Below are positions 1 to 10,605 of a stretch of DNA of 32,000 bases, piece by piece (the first letter of the stretch is position 1; the number at the start of each line of letters is the position of its first letter). This DNA is from Acholeplasma laidlawii PG-8A (GTDB lineage Bacteria; Bacillota_I; Bacilli_A; Acholeplasmatales; Acholeplasmataceae): positions 1-32,000 of the forward strand of contig NC_010163.1 of assembly GCF_000018785.1 (NCBI RefSeq). Direction: 5' to 3'. Both the position numbers and the translations under genes were made by a program. The notes beneath the pieces are model-generated. The model did no database searches. It was not told where the DNA came from and saw nothing but the letters and a program-made list of their open reading frames with translations.

Positions 1-34
1 TATTTGATTTTTTGCTTAATTTTTATGTAATTAC

Positions 35-215
35 TTCCCCACAATTTTTGCCCACATATTGTGGATAAATTTTCCACATTTTATTCACAATGTTGATAAG
101 TTGTGTAAGTCGACTTGTTGGCTTTATAAAGCAAATGACACACTGAAAGTTATCCACAAACAAATTTTTCAAAAGTGTTTAAATCAAAAAGTTATCCACA
201 AATAATGTGGAAAAC
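35..215. promoter_or_regulatory. oriC: oriC left half: cluster of DnaA boxes upstream of dnaA
   Basis: Three perfect TTATCCACA 9-mers: 60-68 (inverted, TGTGGATAA), 150-158 and 192-200. One-mismatch boxes at 70-78 (TTTTCCACA), 81-89 (TTATTCACA) and 207-215 (TGTGGAAAA). Two-mismatch boxes at 35-43 and 48-56. All lie in AT-rich DNA directly 5' of dnaA. Confidence 0.85.
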
Positions 216-288
216 TTTTTAATAAATTTGTCGTTTCTTATGCTATCATAGTTTTACATAAATTATTAACTACTATAGGGAGGCAGTC

Positions 289-1647
289 ATGAGTCCAAAC
301 AGCACATTATGGCAGACAATATTACAGGATTTAGAAAAACTATACAACGAGGAGACTTACAACGAGCTATTTCTACCAGTGACTTCTACTTTTAAAGATC
401 AAAACGGATTACTTACAATGGTTGTAGCTAATGAGTTCTTAAAGAATCGTATCAATAAACTATACATTGCAAAAATTAACGAACTTGCTACAAAATATTC
501 AAGTACTCCAGTTAGATTGAAATTCGTATCACAAGAAGAAGTTATTGAAGAACCAGTAGCTGATCGTAAATTAACCATTGATTATCGTCAAGGGAACTTA
601 AACTCTACCTATACCTTTGACTCTTTTGTTGTTGGAAAATCTAACATGTTTGCTTTTCGTATGGCGATGAAGGTTGCTGATCAACCTGGAGCAGTAGCAA
701 ACCCTTTCTACATATTTGGTGATGTAGGTTTAGGTAAAACCCATCTTATGCAAGCAATAGGTAACTATATATTAGATAATGATGTCGAAAAACGTATCTT
801 ATATGTTAAAGCTGATAACTTTATTGAAGACTTTGTATCTTTATTATCAAGAAACAAAAATAAGACTGAAGAATTCAATGCTAAATATAAAGATATTGAC
901 GTTATATTAGTAGACGACATCCAAATTATGGCAAATGCTAGTAAAACTCAAATGGAATTCTTTAAGCTCTTTGACTACCTATATTTAAATAATAAACAAA
1001 TCGTTATAACATCTGATAAACCAGCTTCACAATTAACAAATATCATGCCACGTTTAACGACACGTTTTGAAGCTGGTCTCTCTGTAGACATACAAATACC
1101 TGAATTAGAACATAGAATAAGTATTTTAAAGAGAAAAACAGCTACATTAGATGCCAACTTAGAGGTAAGTGAGGATATTTTAACCTTTATAGCATCTCAA
1201 TTTGCAGCAAACATTAGAGAAATGGAAGGTGCACTCATTCGTTTAATTAGTTATGCACAGACCTTTAATCTAGAAATTACAATGAATGTTGTTGAAGAAG
1301 CACTTGGTGCTGTATTAAAAACTAAGAAGAAAACAAATGATTTAAACGAAAATAACTACGATAAGATCCAAAGTATTGTAGCAGATTACTTCCAAGTTTC
1401 ATTACCAGACTTAATTGGTAAGAAAAGACATGCTAAATTCACATTACCTAGACATATAGCGATGTATCTTATTAAACTTAAATACAATATTCCTTATAAA
1501 ACAATTGGATCTTTATTTAATGATAGAGACCACTCCACAGTATTATCTGCTTGTGAAAAAGTAGAACGCGATATGAGGATGGATTCGAACTTAAAGTTTG
1601 CTGTTGACTCGATTGTCAAAAAAATAGATTCACCATTATTAAAGTGA
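289..1647 (+). CDS. dnaA: Chromosomal replication initiator protein DnaA
   Basis: 452-aa ORF with a GGGAGG RBS at 278-283. Walker A GDVGLGKTHL, Walker B/AAA+ ILVDDIQ, and a C-terminal DnaA-box-binding domain (RHIAMYL...DHSTVLSACEKV). Tandem stops TGA TAA. Position next to the DnaA boxes and dnaN is canonical. Confidence 0.97.
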   Translation: MSPNSTLWQTILQDLEKLYNEETYNELFLPVTSTFKDQNGLLTMVVANEFLKNRINKLYIAKINELATKYSSTPVRLKFVSQEEVIEEPVADRKLTIDYRQGNLNSTYTFDSFVVGKSNMFAFRMAMKVADQPGAVANPFYIFGDVGLGKTHLMQAIGNYILDNDVEKRILYVKADNFIEDFVSLLSRNKNKTEEFNAKYKDIDVILVDDIQIMANASKTQMEFFKLFDYLYLNNKQIVITSDKPASQLTNIMPRLTTRFEAGLSVDIQIPELEHRISILKRKTATLDANLEVSEDILTFIASQFAANIREMEGALIRLISYAQTFNLEITMNVVEEALGAVLKTKKKTNDLNENNYDKIQSIVADYFQVSLPDLIGKKRHAKFTLPRHIAMYLIKLKYNIPYKTIGSLFNDRDHSTVLSACEKVERDMRMDSNLKFAVDSIVKKIDSPLLK

Positions 1648-1671
1648 TAAATGTTTATAAAAATGATTAAA

Positions 1672-1777
1672 TGTGGTAAAATAAATGGTAGATGAAGCGA
1701 TTATTGCTAGTTTCCCACTTTCCCACAGACACTAACAATAACAAAGAAGAAATAATAATTAATAAAAGGGGTAAAAT
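1672..1777. promoter_or_regulatory. Candidate oriC right half (dnaA-dnaN spacer): degenerate DnaA boxes plus an AT-rich unwinding region
   Basis: TGTGGTAAA at 1672-1680 (1 mismatch, inverted). Tandem GTTTCCCAC/TTTCCCACA at 1710-1727. Short GC-containing spacer GACAC. Then a triplet run TAA CAA TAA CAA AGA AGA AAT AAT AAT TAA TAA (1733-1765) in very AT-rich DNA. The layout resembles the Firmicute bipartite origin. Confidence 0.45.
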
Positions 1778-1987
1778 ATGAATTTTACAATTGAAAGAGA
1801 TATCTTACTAAACCATCTAATGCCATGTACAAAAAGGATTACCAAATAAAACACCTCTACCTATTTTATATGCTATTAAATTTGAAGTGTTTTCAGATTA
1901 TATCCAATTAACAGCTTCTAACTCTGATATAGCCATTCAAGTATTAATTGATGATCCATCATTAGTTGTTCATAAGACAGGAAAGAT

Positions 1988-1996
1988 TGCTTTACC
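1988..1996. repeat. Left copy of the 9-bp target-site duplication (TGCTTTACC)
   Basis: Identical 9-mers abut both IS10 termini (1988-1996 and 3326-3334). A 9-bp duplication is the IS10 hallmark. Confidence 0.95.
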
Positions 1997-2019
1997 CTGA
2001 GAGATCCCCTCATAATTTC
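1997..2019. repeat. IS10 inside-end terminal inverted repeat
   Basis: CTGAGAGATCCCCTCATAATTTC matches the reverse complement of 3303-3325 (CTGATGAATCCCCTAATGATTTT) at about 17 of 23 positions. It contains a GATC at 2003-2006. Confidence 0.85.
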
Positions 2020-3218
2020 CCCAAAGCGTAACCATGTGTGAATAAATTTTGAGCTAGTAGGGTTGCAGCCACGAGTAAGTCTTCCCTTGTTATTGTGTAG
2101 CCAGAATGCCGCAAAACTTCCATGCCTAAGCGAACTGTTGAGAGTACGTTTCGATTTCTGACTGTGTTAGCCTGGAAGTGCTTGTCCCAACCTTGTTTCT
2201 GAGCATGAACGCCCGCAAGCCAACATGTTAGTTGAAGCATCAGGGCGATTAGCAGCATGATATCAAAACGCTCTGAGCTGCTCGTTCGGCTATGGCGTAG
2301 GCCTAGTCCGTAGGCAGGACTTTTCAAGTCTCGGAAGGTTTCTTCAATCTGCATTCGCTTCGAATAGATATTAACAAGTTGTTTGGGTGTTCGAATTTCA
2401 ACAGGTAAGTTAGTTGCTAGAACCCATGGCTCCTTTGCCGACGCTGAGTAGATTTTAGGTGACGGGTGGTGACAATGAGTCCGTGTCGAGCGCTGATTTT
2501 TTCGGCCTTTAGAGCGAGATTTATACAATAGAATTTGGCATGAGATTGGATTGCTTTTAGTCAGCCTCTTATAGCCTAAAGTCTTTGAGTGACTAGATGA
2601 CATATCATGTAAGTTGCTGATAGGTTTCCAGTTTTCCTCTCCTAGGTCTGCATATTGTACTTTTCCTCTTACTCGACTTAACCAGTACCAACCCAGCTTC
2701 TCAACGGATTTATACCATGGCACTTTAAAGCCAGCATCACTGACAATGAGCGGTGTGGTGTTACTCGGTAGAATGCTCGCAAGGTCGGCTAGAAATTGGT
2801 CATGAGCTTTCTTTGAACATTGCTCTGAAAGCGGGAACGCTTTCTCATAAAGAGTAACAGAACGACCGTGTAGTGCGACTGAAGCTCGCAATACCATAAG
2901 TCGTTTTTGCTCACGAATATCAGACCAGTCAACAAGTACAATGGGCATCGTATTGCCCGAACAGATAAAGCTAGCATGCCAACGGTATACAGCGAGTCGC
3001 TCTTTGTGGAGGTGACGATTACCTAACAATCGGTCGATTCGTTTGATGTTATGTTTTGTTCTCGCTTTGGTTGGCAGGTTACGGCCAAGTTCGGTAAGAG
3101 TGAGAGTTTTACAGTCAAGTAATGCGTGGCAAGCCAACGTTAAGCTGTTGAGTCGTTTTAAGTGTAATTCGGGGCAGAATTGGTAAAGAGAGTCGTGTAA
3201 AATATCGAGTTCGCACAT
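2010..3218 (-). CDS. IS10 transposase (DDE, IS4 family)
   Basis: 402-aa ORF MCELDILHDSLYQFCPELHLKRLNSLTLACHALLDCKTLTLTELGRNL...YALGKL, recognised as the IS10/Tn10 transposase. It contains the IS4-family YREK-region sequence (IYSKRMQIEETFRDLK). Confidence 0.95.
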   Translation of the reverse strand: MCELDILHDSLYQFCPELHLKRLNSLTLACHALLDCKTLTLTELGRNLPTKARTKHNIKRIDRLLGNRHLHKERLAVYRWHASFICSGNTMPIVLVDWSDIREQKRLMVLRASVALHGRSVTLYEKAFPLSEQCSKKAHDQFLADLASILPSNTTPLIVSDAGFKVPWYKSVEKLGWYWLSRVRGKVQYADLGEENWKPISNLHDMSSSHSKTLGYKRLTKSNPISCQILLYKSRSKGRKNQRSTRTHCHHPSPKIYSASAKEPWVLATNLPVEIRTPKQLVNIYSKRMQIEETFRDLKSPAYGLGLRHSRTSSSERFDIMLLIALMLQLTCWLAGVHAQKQGWDKHFQANTVRNRNVLSTVRLGMEVLRHSGYTITREDLLVAATLLAQNLFTHGYALGKL

Positions 3219-3279
3219 CTTGTTGTCTGATTATTGATTTTTCGCGAAACCATTTGATCATATGACAAGATGTGTATCC
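3211..3279 (+). ncRNA. IS10 RNA-OUT antisense RNA (coordinates mapped from the known IS10 layout)
   Basis: In IS10, RNA-IN starts at element nt 81 (window 3245, minus strand). The roughly 69-nt RNA-OUT starts at nt 115 (window 3211) and runs toward the outside end. I placed it by counting from the outside end at 3325, not by independent detection. Confidence 0.5.
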
Positions 3280-3302
3280 ACCTTAACTTAATGATTTTTA
3301 CC

Positions 3303-3325
3303 AAAATCATTAGGGGATTCATCAG
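3303..3325. repeat. IS10 outside-end terminal inverted repeat
   Basis: On the minus strand it reads CTGATGAATCCCCTAATGATTTT, the imperfect inverted partner of 1997-2019. Confidence 0.85.
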
Positions 3326-3334
3326 TGCTTTACC
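3326..3334. repeat. Right copy of the 9-bp target-site duplication (TGCTTTACC)
   Basis: Identical to 1988-1996. Deleting 1997-3334 restores a continuous dnaN frame (...KIALPGRYFIDII...). Confidence 0.95.
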
Positions 3335-4266
3335 TGGCCGTTATTTTATTGATATTATTAGAAAAGTAGCTGCTAAGCGTATTGAGGTTGCTCTACAAGA
3401 AGAAAGACTATTAGTTATTAAAGCAGATCGTTCAGAATTTAAATTAAAACTTATGGATATCGATGATTATCCAGATGTTGATTTTTTAGACTTAGCAGAA
3501 CCAGTGATTCTATCATCTGATATGGTGAAAGAAATTATTAAAGAAACTAATTTCGCTACAGCTGATAACGAAAAACGCCCAATTCTTACTGGGGTAAACT
3601 TTAAATATCAAGATAACCACTTATTTGCAGTTGCAACAGACTCTTACCGTTTATCTCAAAAAAATTTAAAACTAAGAACACATTCTAAAACATTTAATAT
3701 TGTTATTCCAAATAAATCATTAGATGATCTATCAAAAATATTAGATCATGTGAATGAAGAAATTGAAGTATTTATTAATCCAAATAAAATATTATTTAAA
3801 ATGAATAAAATTTGGTTTCAAACTAGATTATTAGAAGGTACATACCCGGATACAGCAAAAATCATACCTGTTAATTTTCCTACTGTCATTACATTTAATA
3901 AAGAAGAATTATTAAATGCAGTGGACCGTGTCTCTTTATTATCTCCAAGAGATAGAGAATCAAACTACAACATTATTAAATTAACATTAAGACCTGATCA
4001 AGTTGTTGAGATATCTTCAACAAACACTGAAGTTGGGGATGCAAAAGAAGAAATTATTCCATCAGAAGATGTAGTGGGAGAATTAATTTCAATCGCATTT
4101 AGTTCTAAATACTTAAATGAAGCACTTAAAGCATTTAATTCAACTGAAGTTACACTTAACTTTGCAGGTGAAATTAAACCGTTTGTAGTAAAAGGAAATC
4201 AAGATCCTGATCTCTTACATTTAATCTTACCAGTACGTATTGACTAATAAATATAGATAAAAATAG

Positions 4267-4307
4267 ATGTCTTAAGAACCTATAAAACAGGTCTTAAGAC
4301 ATTTTTT
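4267..4307 (+). terminator. Rho-independent terminator after dnaN
   Basis: 11-bp perfect stem ATGTCTTAAGA (4267-4277) / TCTTAAGACAT (4292-4302), 14-nt loop, then TTTTT. Confidence 0.8.
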
Positions 4308-4453
4308 ATAAAAATTAAAAAAACAGGATTAAAAAGAACATAAAAATCTAAATACTTCAAAAACAGCCGAAATCACCATTTTTTATATATAGGCCATAGT
4401 AAACATTAATATAGACAAAAAGCGTTAAAAAGTGCGCTTTTTTACTTATATTA

Positions 4454-4462
4454 TGTTATAAT
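4454..4462 (+). promoter_or_regulatory. Extended -10 promoter element for the yaaA-recF-gyrBA cluster
   Basis: TGTTATAAT (TGn + TATAAT) at 4454-4462, about 15 nt upstream of the yaaA RBS. There is no good -35. Confidence 0.45.
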
Positions 4463-4477
4463 ATAATAGGTAGGTGA

Positions 4478-4689
4478 ATGAAGCGTATGAATCATTTTGA
4501 GTTAGAAGGCGAGTTTATAACCATCGCACAATTATTAAAAGCTTTAGACTACATCGGTTCCGGAGGGGAAACGAAGTATTTTTTATATGAGCATAAAGTA
4601 TTACTAAATGATGCAGAAGTTTACGAGAAGAAAAAGAAGATTAAAAAAGGTGATGTCGTTACAATTAACGGCAACAAGATTTTAATTAA

Positions 4690-4693
<4 letters not shown>
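4478..4693 (+). CDS. yaaA: S4-domain RNA-binding protein (YaaA-like)
   Basis: 71-aa ORF in the conserved slot between dnaN and recF. S4-like sequence ([23 protein letters not shown]...VLLNDAEV...[10 protein letters not shown]). Its stop overlaps the recF ATG (ATGA). The start could instead be the ATG at 4487. Confidence 0.8.
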
Positions 4694-7636
<2,943 letters not shown>

Positions 7637-7654
7637 GAAAGGATGTAAATAATA

Positions 7655-10258
7655 ATGAGTGAAAATACAGATAAACTACATGATAAGATTAAAGAAGTAA
7701 ACATTACTTCAGAGATGAAAACATCCTTCTTAAACTATGCGATGAGTGTTATTGTATCTCGTGCACTTCCAAATGCTAAAGACGGATTAAAACCAGTTCA
7801 AAGACGTATTCTTTACGGTATGCATGAAAATAACATGTATGCAAATACGGCACATAAAAAATCAGCGAGAATCGTTGGGGATGTTATGGGGAAATATCAC
7901 CCTCATGGTGACTCTTCAATTTATGATGCCATGGTGCGTATGGCACAACCATTTAGTTATAGAAAACCATTAGTTGACGGTCATGGTAACTTTGGTTCTG
8001 TTGACGGTGATGGTGCTGCTGCGATGCGTTATACCGAAGCTAGACTATCTAAGATAGCTGGTGAAATGGTTAGAGATATCGACAAAAACACAGTAAATTT
8101 TGTAGATAACTATGATGGTTCAGAACGTGAACCACAAGTACTACCATCAAGATATCCAAACTTACTAGTAAACGGTTCAACCGGTATTGCTGTTGGTATG
8201 GCTACAAATATTCCACCACATAATTTAGGTGAAGTGATTGATGCAATCTTTGCATATTTAGATAATCCTGATATTACAGTACTTGAATTAATGCAATACA
8301 TTAAGGGACCAGACTTCCCAACAGGTGGTCAAATTCTTGGTATTACAGGTCTTCGTCAAGCATATGAAACAGGTAAAGGTATTATTGCTGTTCGTGCACA
8401 ACATGAAATTGTTGAAACTAAAAATAGAACAGAATTAATCATTACTGAAATACCTTACCAAGTAAATAAAACAACATTAATTGAAAGAATCGCTGAAGTT
8501 GTTAAAAATAAGATCATCGAAGGTATTTCAGACTTAAGAGATGAATCCAATAGAAAAGGTATGCGTATCGTTATTGAACTTAGAAAAGATACTAATCCAT
8601 CTGTTACCTTAAATAACTTATATAAACATACTCAACTTCAAACATCCTTTGGTATTAATATGATTGCTTTAGTCGATGGACAACCAAGACTACTTAGTTT
8701 AAAAGATGCATTAACACATTATATTGCACACCAAATTGAAATTATTACACGTCGTACACAATTTGATTTAGAAAAAGCTGAAGCTAGAATGCATATATTA
8801 GAAGCACTTGTTAAAGCTTTAAATGATGTAGATAATGTCATTAAAATCATCAAAGATGCAAAAAATCCTGAAGATGCTAGAAATAATTTAATAGCAACTT
8901 ATGATTTCACAGAAATTCAAGCTCGTTCTATTTTAACGATGCAACTTCAAAGATTAACAGGTCTTGAAATCGATAAAATTCATGAAGAAGCAGATAATTT
9001 AGCACATAAAATTACTGAATACAAACAAATTTTAGGTGATGAAGATCTAAAAATCGAAATCATAAAGTCTGAACTTCAAGAAATTAAAGATAAATATGAT
9101 GATCCTCGTATGTCAGAAGTGAATTTATATGAAGATCTTGATATTGATAATGAAGATTTAATCCCTGTTGAAGATATCGTTGTAACTGTAACAAATAATG
9201 GTTACATCAAACGTATGAATTTAGATGAGTATAAATTACAAAACAGAGGTGGCGTCGGCATGAGTGGTGTTAAACTACATGACGATGACTTTGTTGAGCA
9301 TATTGCGATGACATCAACACATGACTTCCACTTATTCTTTACCAACCTAGGTCGAGTATTTAAACTTAAAGGGTATACCTTACCATCTGGATCACGTCAA
9401 TCTAAAGGGGTACCAATTGTAAACTACCTAAACTTCCAACCAGGAGAAAAATTAGCAAGCTTTACAACCATTAAAGACTTTGATGCTGAAGATCACTATC
9501 TATTCTTTGTTACAAAGAGGGGTATCGTAAAACGTACACATATTAATAACTACAAGAATATTAGACAAAACGGTATTATAGCAATCAGTTTAAGGGAAGA
9601 TGATGAACTCTTAGTGACGAAATCAACCAATGGTCATAAACATATCTTACTAGGTGCATCAAACGGTAAAGCTATCCACTTCCTTGAAACAGATATTAGA
9701 GAAATTGGACGTACAGCAACCGGTGTCCGTGGTATGGACATACCAGATGATGAAGAAATTGTTGGATTTGCAGTTGTAGACGGTATTGAAGACGATATCT
9801 TAGTCATTACCGAAAACGGCTATGGAAAGCGTACATCGATTACTGAATATAGACTTCAAAACAGAGGCGGTAAAGGTGTTAAGACATTAAATGTAACAGA
9901 TAAAAACGGTAAGTTAAAAACTTTACGTAAAGTTACAAACGATGAAGACATCATTGTAGTAAGTGATAGAGGTATTACAATACGTATGCCAATTGATCAA
10001 ATCTCACAAACAAAACGTGCAACTCAAGGTGTAAGAATTATTACATTAAAAGGTGATCAAAAAGTATCAACAATCGCGATTGTAGATCATCAGGAACCTG
10101 AAGAAGAAGTTGTATCTAATGAAGCTGTAGTAACTCAAGAACAAATGGCTCTAAGCAATCAAAAAAAGGTCTTAGAAGTTGTTGAACTTGAAGCACTAGA
10201 AGAATCAGTAGATGAAGAAGATACAAAAAACGCCAAACAAACTAAATTAGATTTATAA
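7655..10258 (+). CDS. gyrA: DNA gyrase subunit A
   Basis: 867 aa. [16 protein letters not shown] sequence [17 protein letters not shown], catalytic-Tyr region [11 protein letters not shown], a C-terminal beta-pinwheel repeat region and an acidic tail. Confidence 0.98.
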   Translation: MSENTDKLHDKIKEVNITSEMKTSFLNYAMSVIVSRALPNAKDGLKPVQRRILYGMHENNMYANTAHKKSARIVGDVMGKYHPHGDSSIYDAMVRMAQPFSYRKPLVDGHGNFGSVDGDGAAAMRYTEARLSKIAGEMVRDIDKNTVNFVDNYDGSEREPQVLPSRYPNLLVNGSTGIAVGMATNIPPHNLGEVIDAIFAYLDNPDITVLELMQYIKGPDFPTGGQILGITGLRQAYETGKGIIAVRAQHEIVETKNRTELIITEIPYQVNKTTLIERIAEVVKNKIIEGISDLRDESNRKGMRIVIELRKDTNPSVTLNNLYKHTQLQTSFGINMIALVDGQPRLLSLKDALTHYIAHQIEIITRRTQFDLEKAEARMHILEALVKALNDVDNVIKIIKDAKNPEDARNNLIATYDFTEIQARSILTMQLQRLTGLEIDKIHEEADNLAHKITEYKQILGDEDLKIEIIKSELQEIKDKYDDPRMSEVNLYEDLDIDNEDLIPVEDIVVTVTNNGYIKRMNLDEYKLQNRGGVGMSGVKLHDDDFVEHIAMTSTHDFHLFFTNLGRVFKLKGYTLPSGSRQSKGVPIVNYLNFQPGEKLASFTTIKDFDAEDHYLFFVTKRGIVKRTHINNYKNIRQNGIIAISLREDDELLVTKSTNGHKHILLGASNGKAIHFLETDIREIGRTATGVRGMDIPDDEEIVGFAVVDGIEDDILVITENGYGKRTSITEYRLQNRGGKGVKTLNVTDKNGKLKTLRKVTNDEDIIVVSDRGITIRMPIDQISQTKRATQGVRIITLKGDQKVSTIAIVDHQEPEEEVVSNEAVVTQEQMALSNQKKVLEVVELEALEESVDEEDTKNAKQTKLDL

Positions 10259-10270
10259 TCATATAAAACA

Positions 10271-10317
10271 AAAACCACAGACCAATATAATTACTTTATT
10301 TGGTCTGTGGTTTTTTT
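10271..10317 (+). terminator. Rho-independent terminator after gyrA
   Basis: 14-bp perfect stem AAAACCACAGACCA (10271-10284) / TGGTCTGTGGTTTT (10301-10314), followed by a T run. Confidence 0.85.
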
Positions 10318-10605
10318 ATATATTAAGGATGATAGTTAATTCTTAGTATTATTCTTTATTAGGAATTAAGTAGAACAACCGAAAAAAAGGCATATTTCGG
10401 CAACCTATCACAAAAAAGGGACTGTAAAGAAATGAAGAATTAATATTCTTCAGGGATTTTATAGCTCCTTTTTACATAATGTAAAATCTTTCACATATAT
10501 ATGTAATTCACAAATTTAATAGTCTAAAAATGATAAAATGTAAATAGTTTATATTGTATACATTCATTTATCTTAATGTTGTATACCGGGAAGGTAAGTA
10601 TAAAT

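Larger units (their letters stand above)
1997..3325 (-). mobile_element. IS10: Complete IS10 (IS4 family, Tn10-type) insertion sequence, 1329 bp
   Basis: The inside end is CTGAGAGATCCCCTCATAATTTCCCC at 1997. The outside end, read on the minus strand from 3325, is CTGATGAATCCCCTAATGATTTTGGTAAAAATCATTAAG. Single 402-aa transposase ORF with its ATG 108 nt from the outside end. Total length is exactly 1329 bp, flanked by a 9-bp direct repeat. Ends and protein match my recollection of IS10. Confidence 0.95.
1778..4247 (+). pseudogene. dnaN: DNA polymerase III beta sliding clamp, disrupted by a 1-nt frameshift and an IS10 insertion
   Basis: RBS AAAGGGG then ATG at 1778 gives MNFTIERDILLNHL, a typical DnaN N-terminus, and this frame stops at 1847-1849. 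The DnaN sequence continues in the next frame from 1824 (HVQKGLPNKTPLPILYAIKFEV...HKTGKIALP) up to 1996. After the IS and one repeat copy it resumes at 3335 (GRYFIDIIRKV...) and ends at 4247. The rejoined length is about 376 aa. Confidence 0.93.

Noticed and set aside
2614-2977. Short ORFs 2614-2805 (+) and 2789-2977 (-) inside IS10
   Set aside because: They are nested in, or antisense to, the transposase gene. They have no RBS or recognisable motifs, and IS10 is known to encode a single protein.
1997-3325. IS10 as a natural, long-resident mobile element of this low-GC organism
   Set aside because: It is a single copy in the window and is compositionally foreign. It appears to match the enterobacterial element, including its Dam and antisense control sites, and it sits in an essential gene. 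A cloning-host origin is more parsimonious, but this is not excluded without read-level data.
3270-4247. Track ORF that looks like a 325-aa intact gene
   Set aside because: Its first 19 codons are IS10 outside-end sequence. The remainder is the 3' part of dnaN. It is a junction chimera, not a native CDS, and is annotated under the dnaN pseudogene.
4418-4446. Second hairpin (AAAAGCG...CGCTTTTTT) upstream of yaaA as an additional terminator
   Set aside because: The stem has only about 4-7 bp and includes A-T pairs that merge with the T tract. It sits immediately before the yaaA promoter and is too weak to call.
10576-10605. Upstream ATG giving a 10-residue N-terminal extension (MLYTGKVSIN) on the ABC transporter
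   Set aside because: ABC ATPase domains normally begin near the MLEV+KL-type strand. The ATG at 10606 has a GGGAAGG RBS at suitable spacing, and the ATG at 10576 has none.
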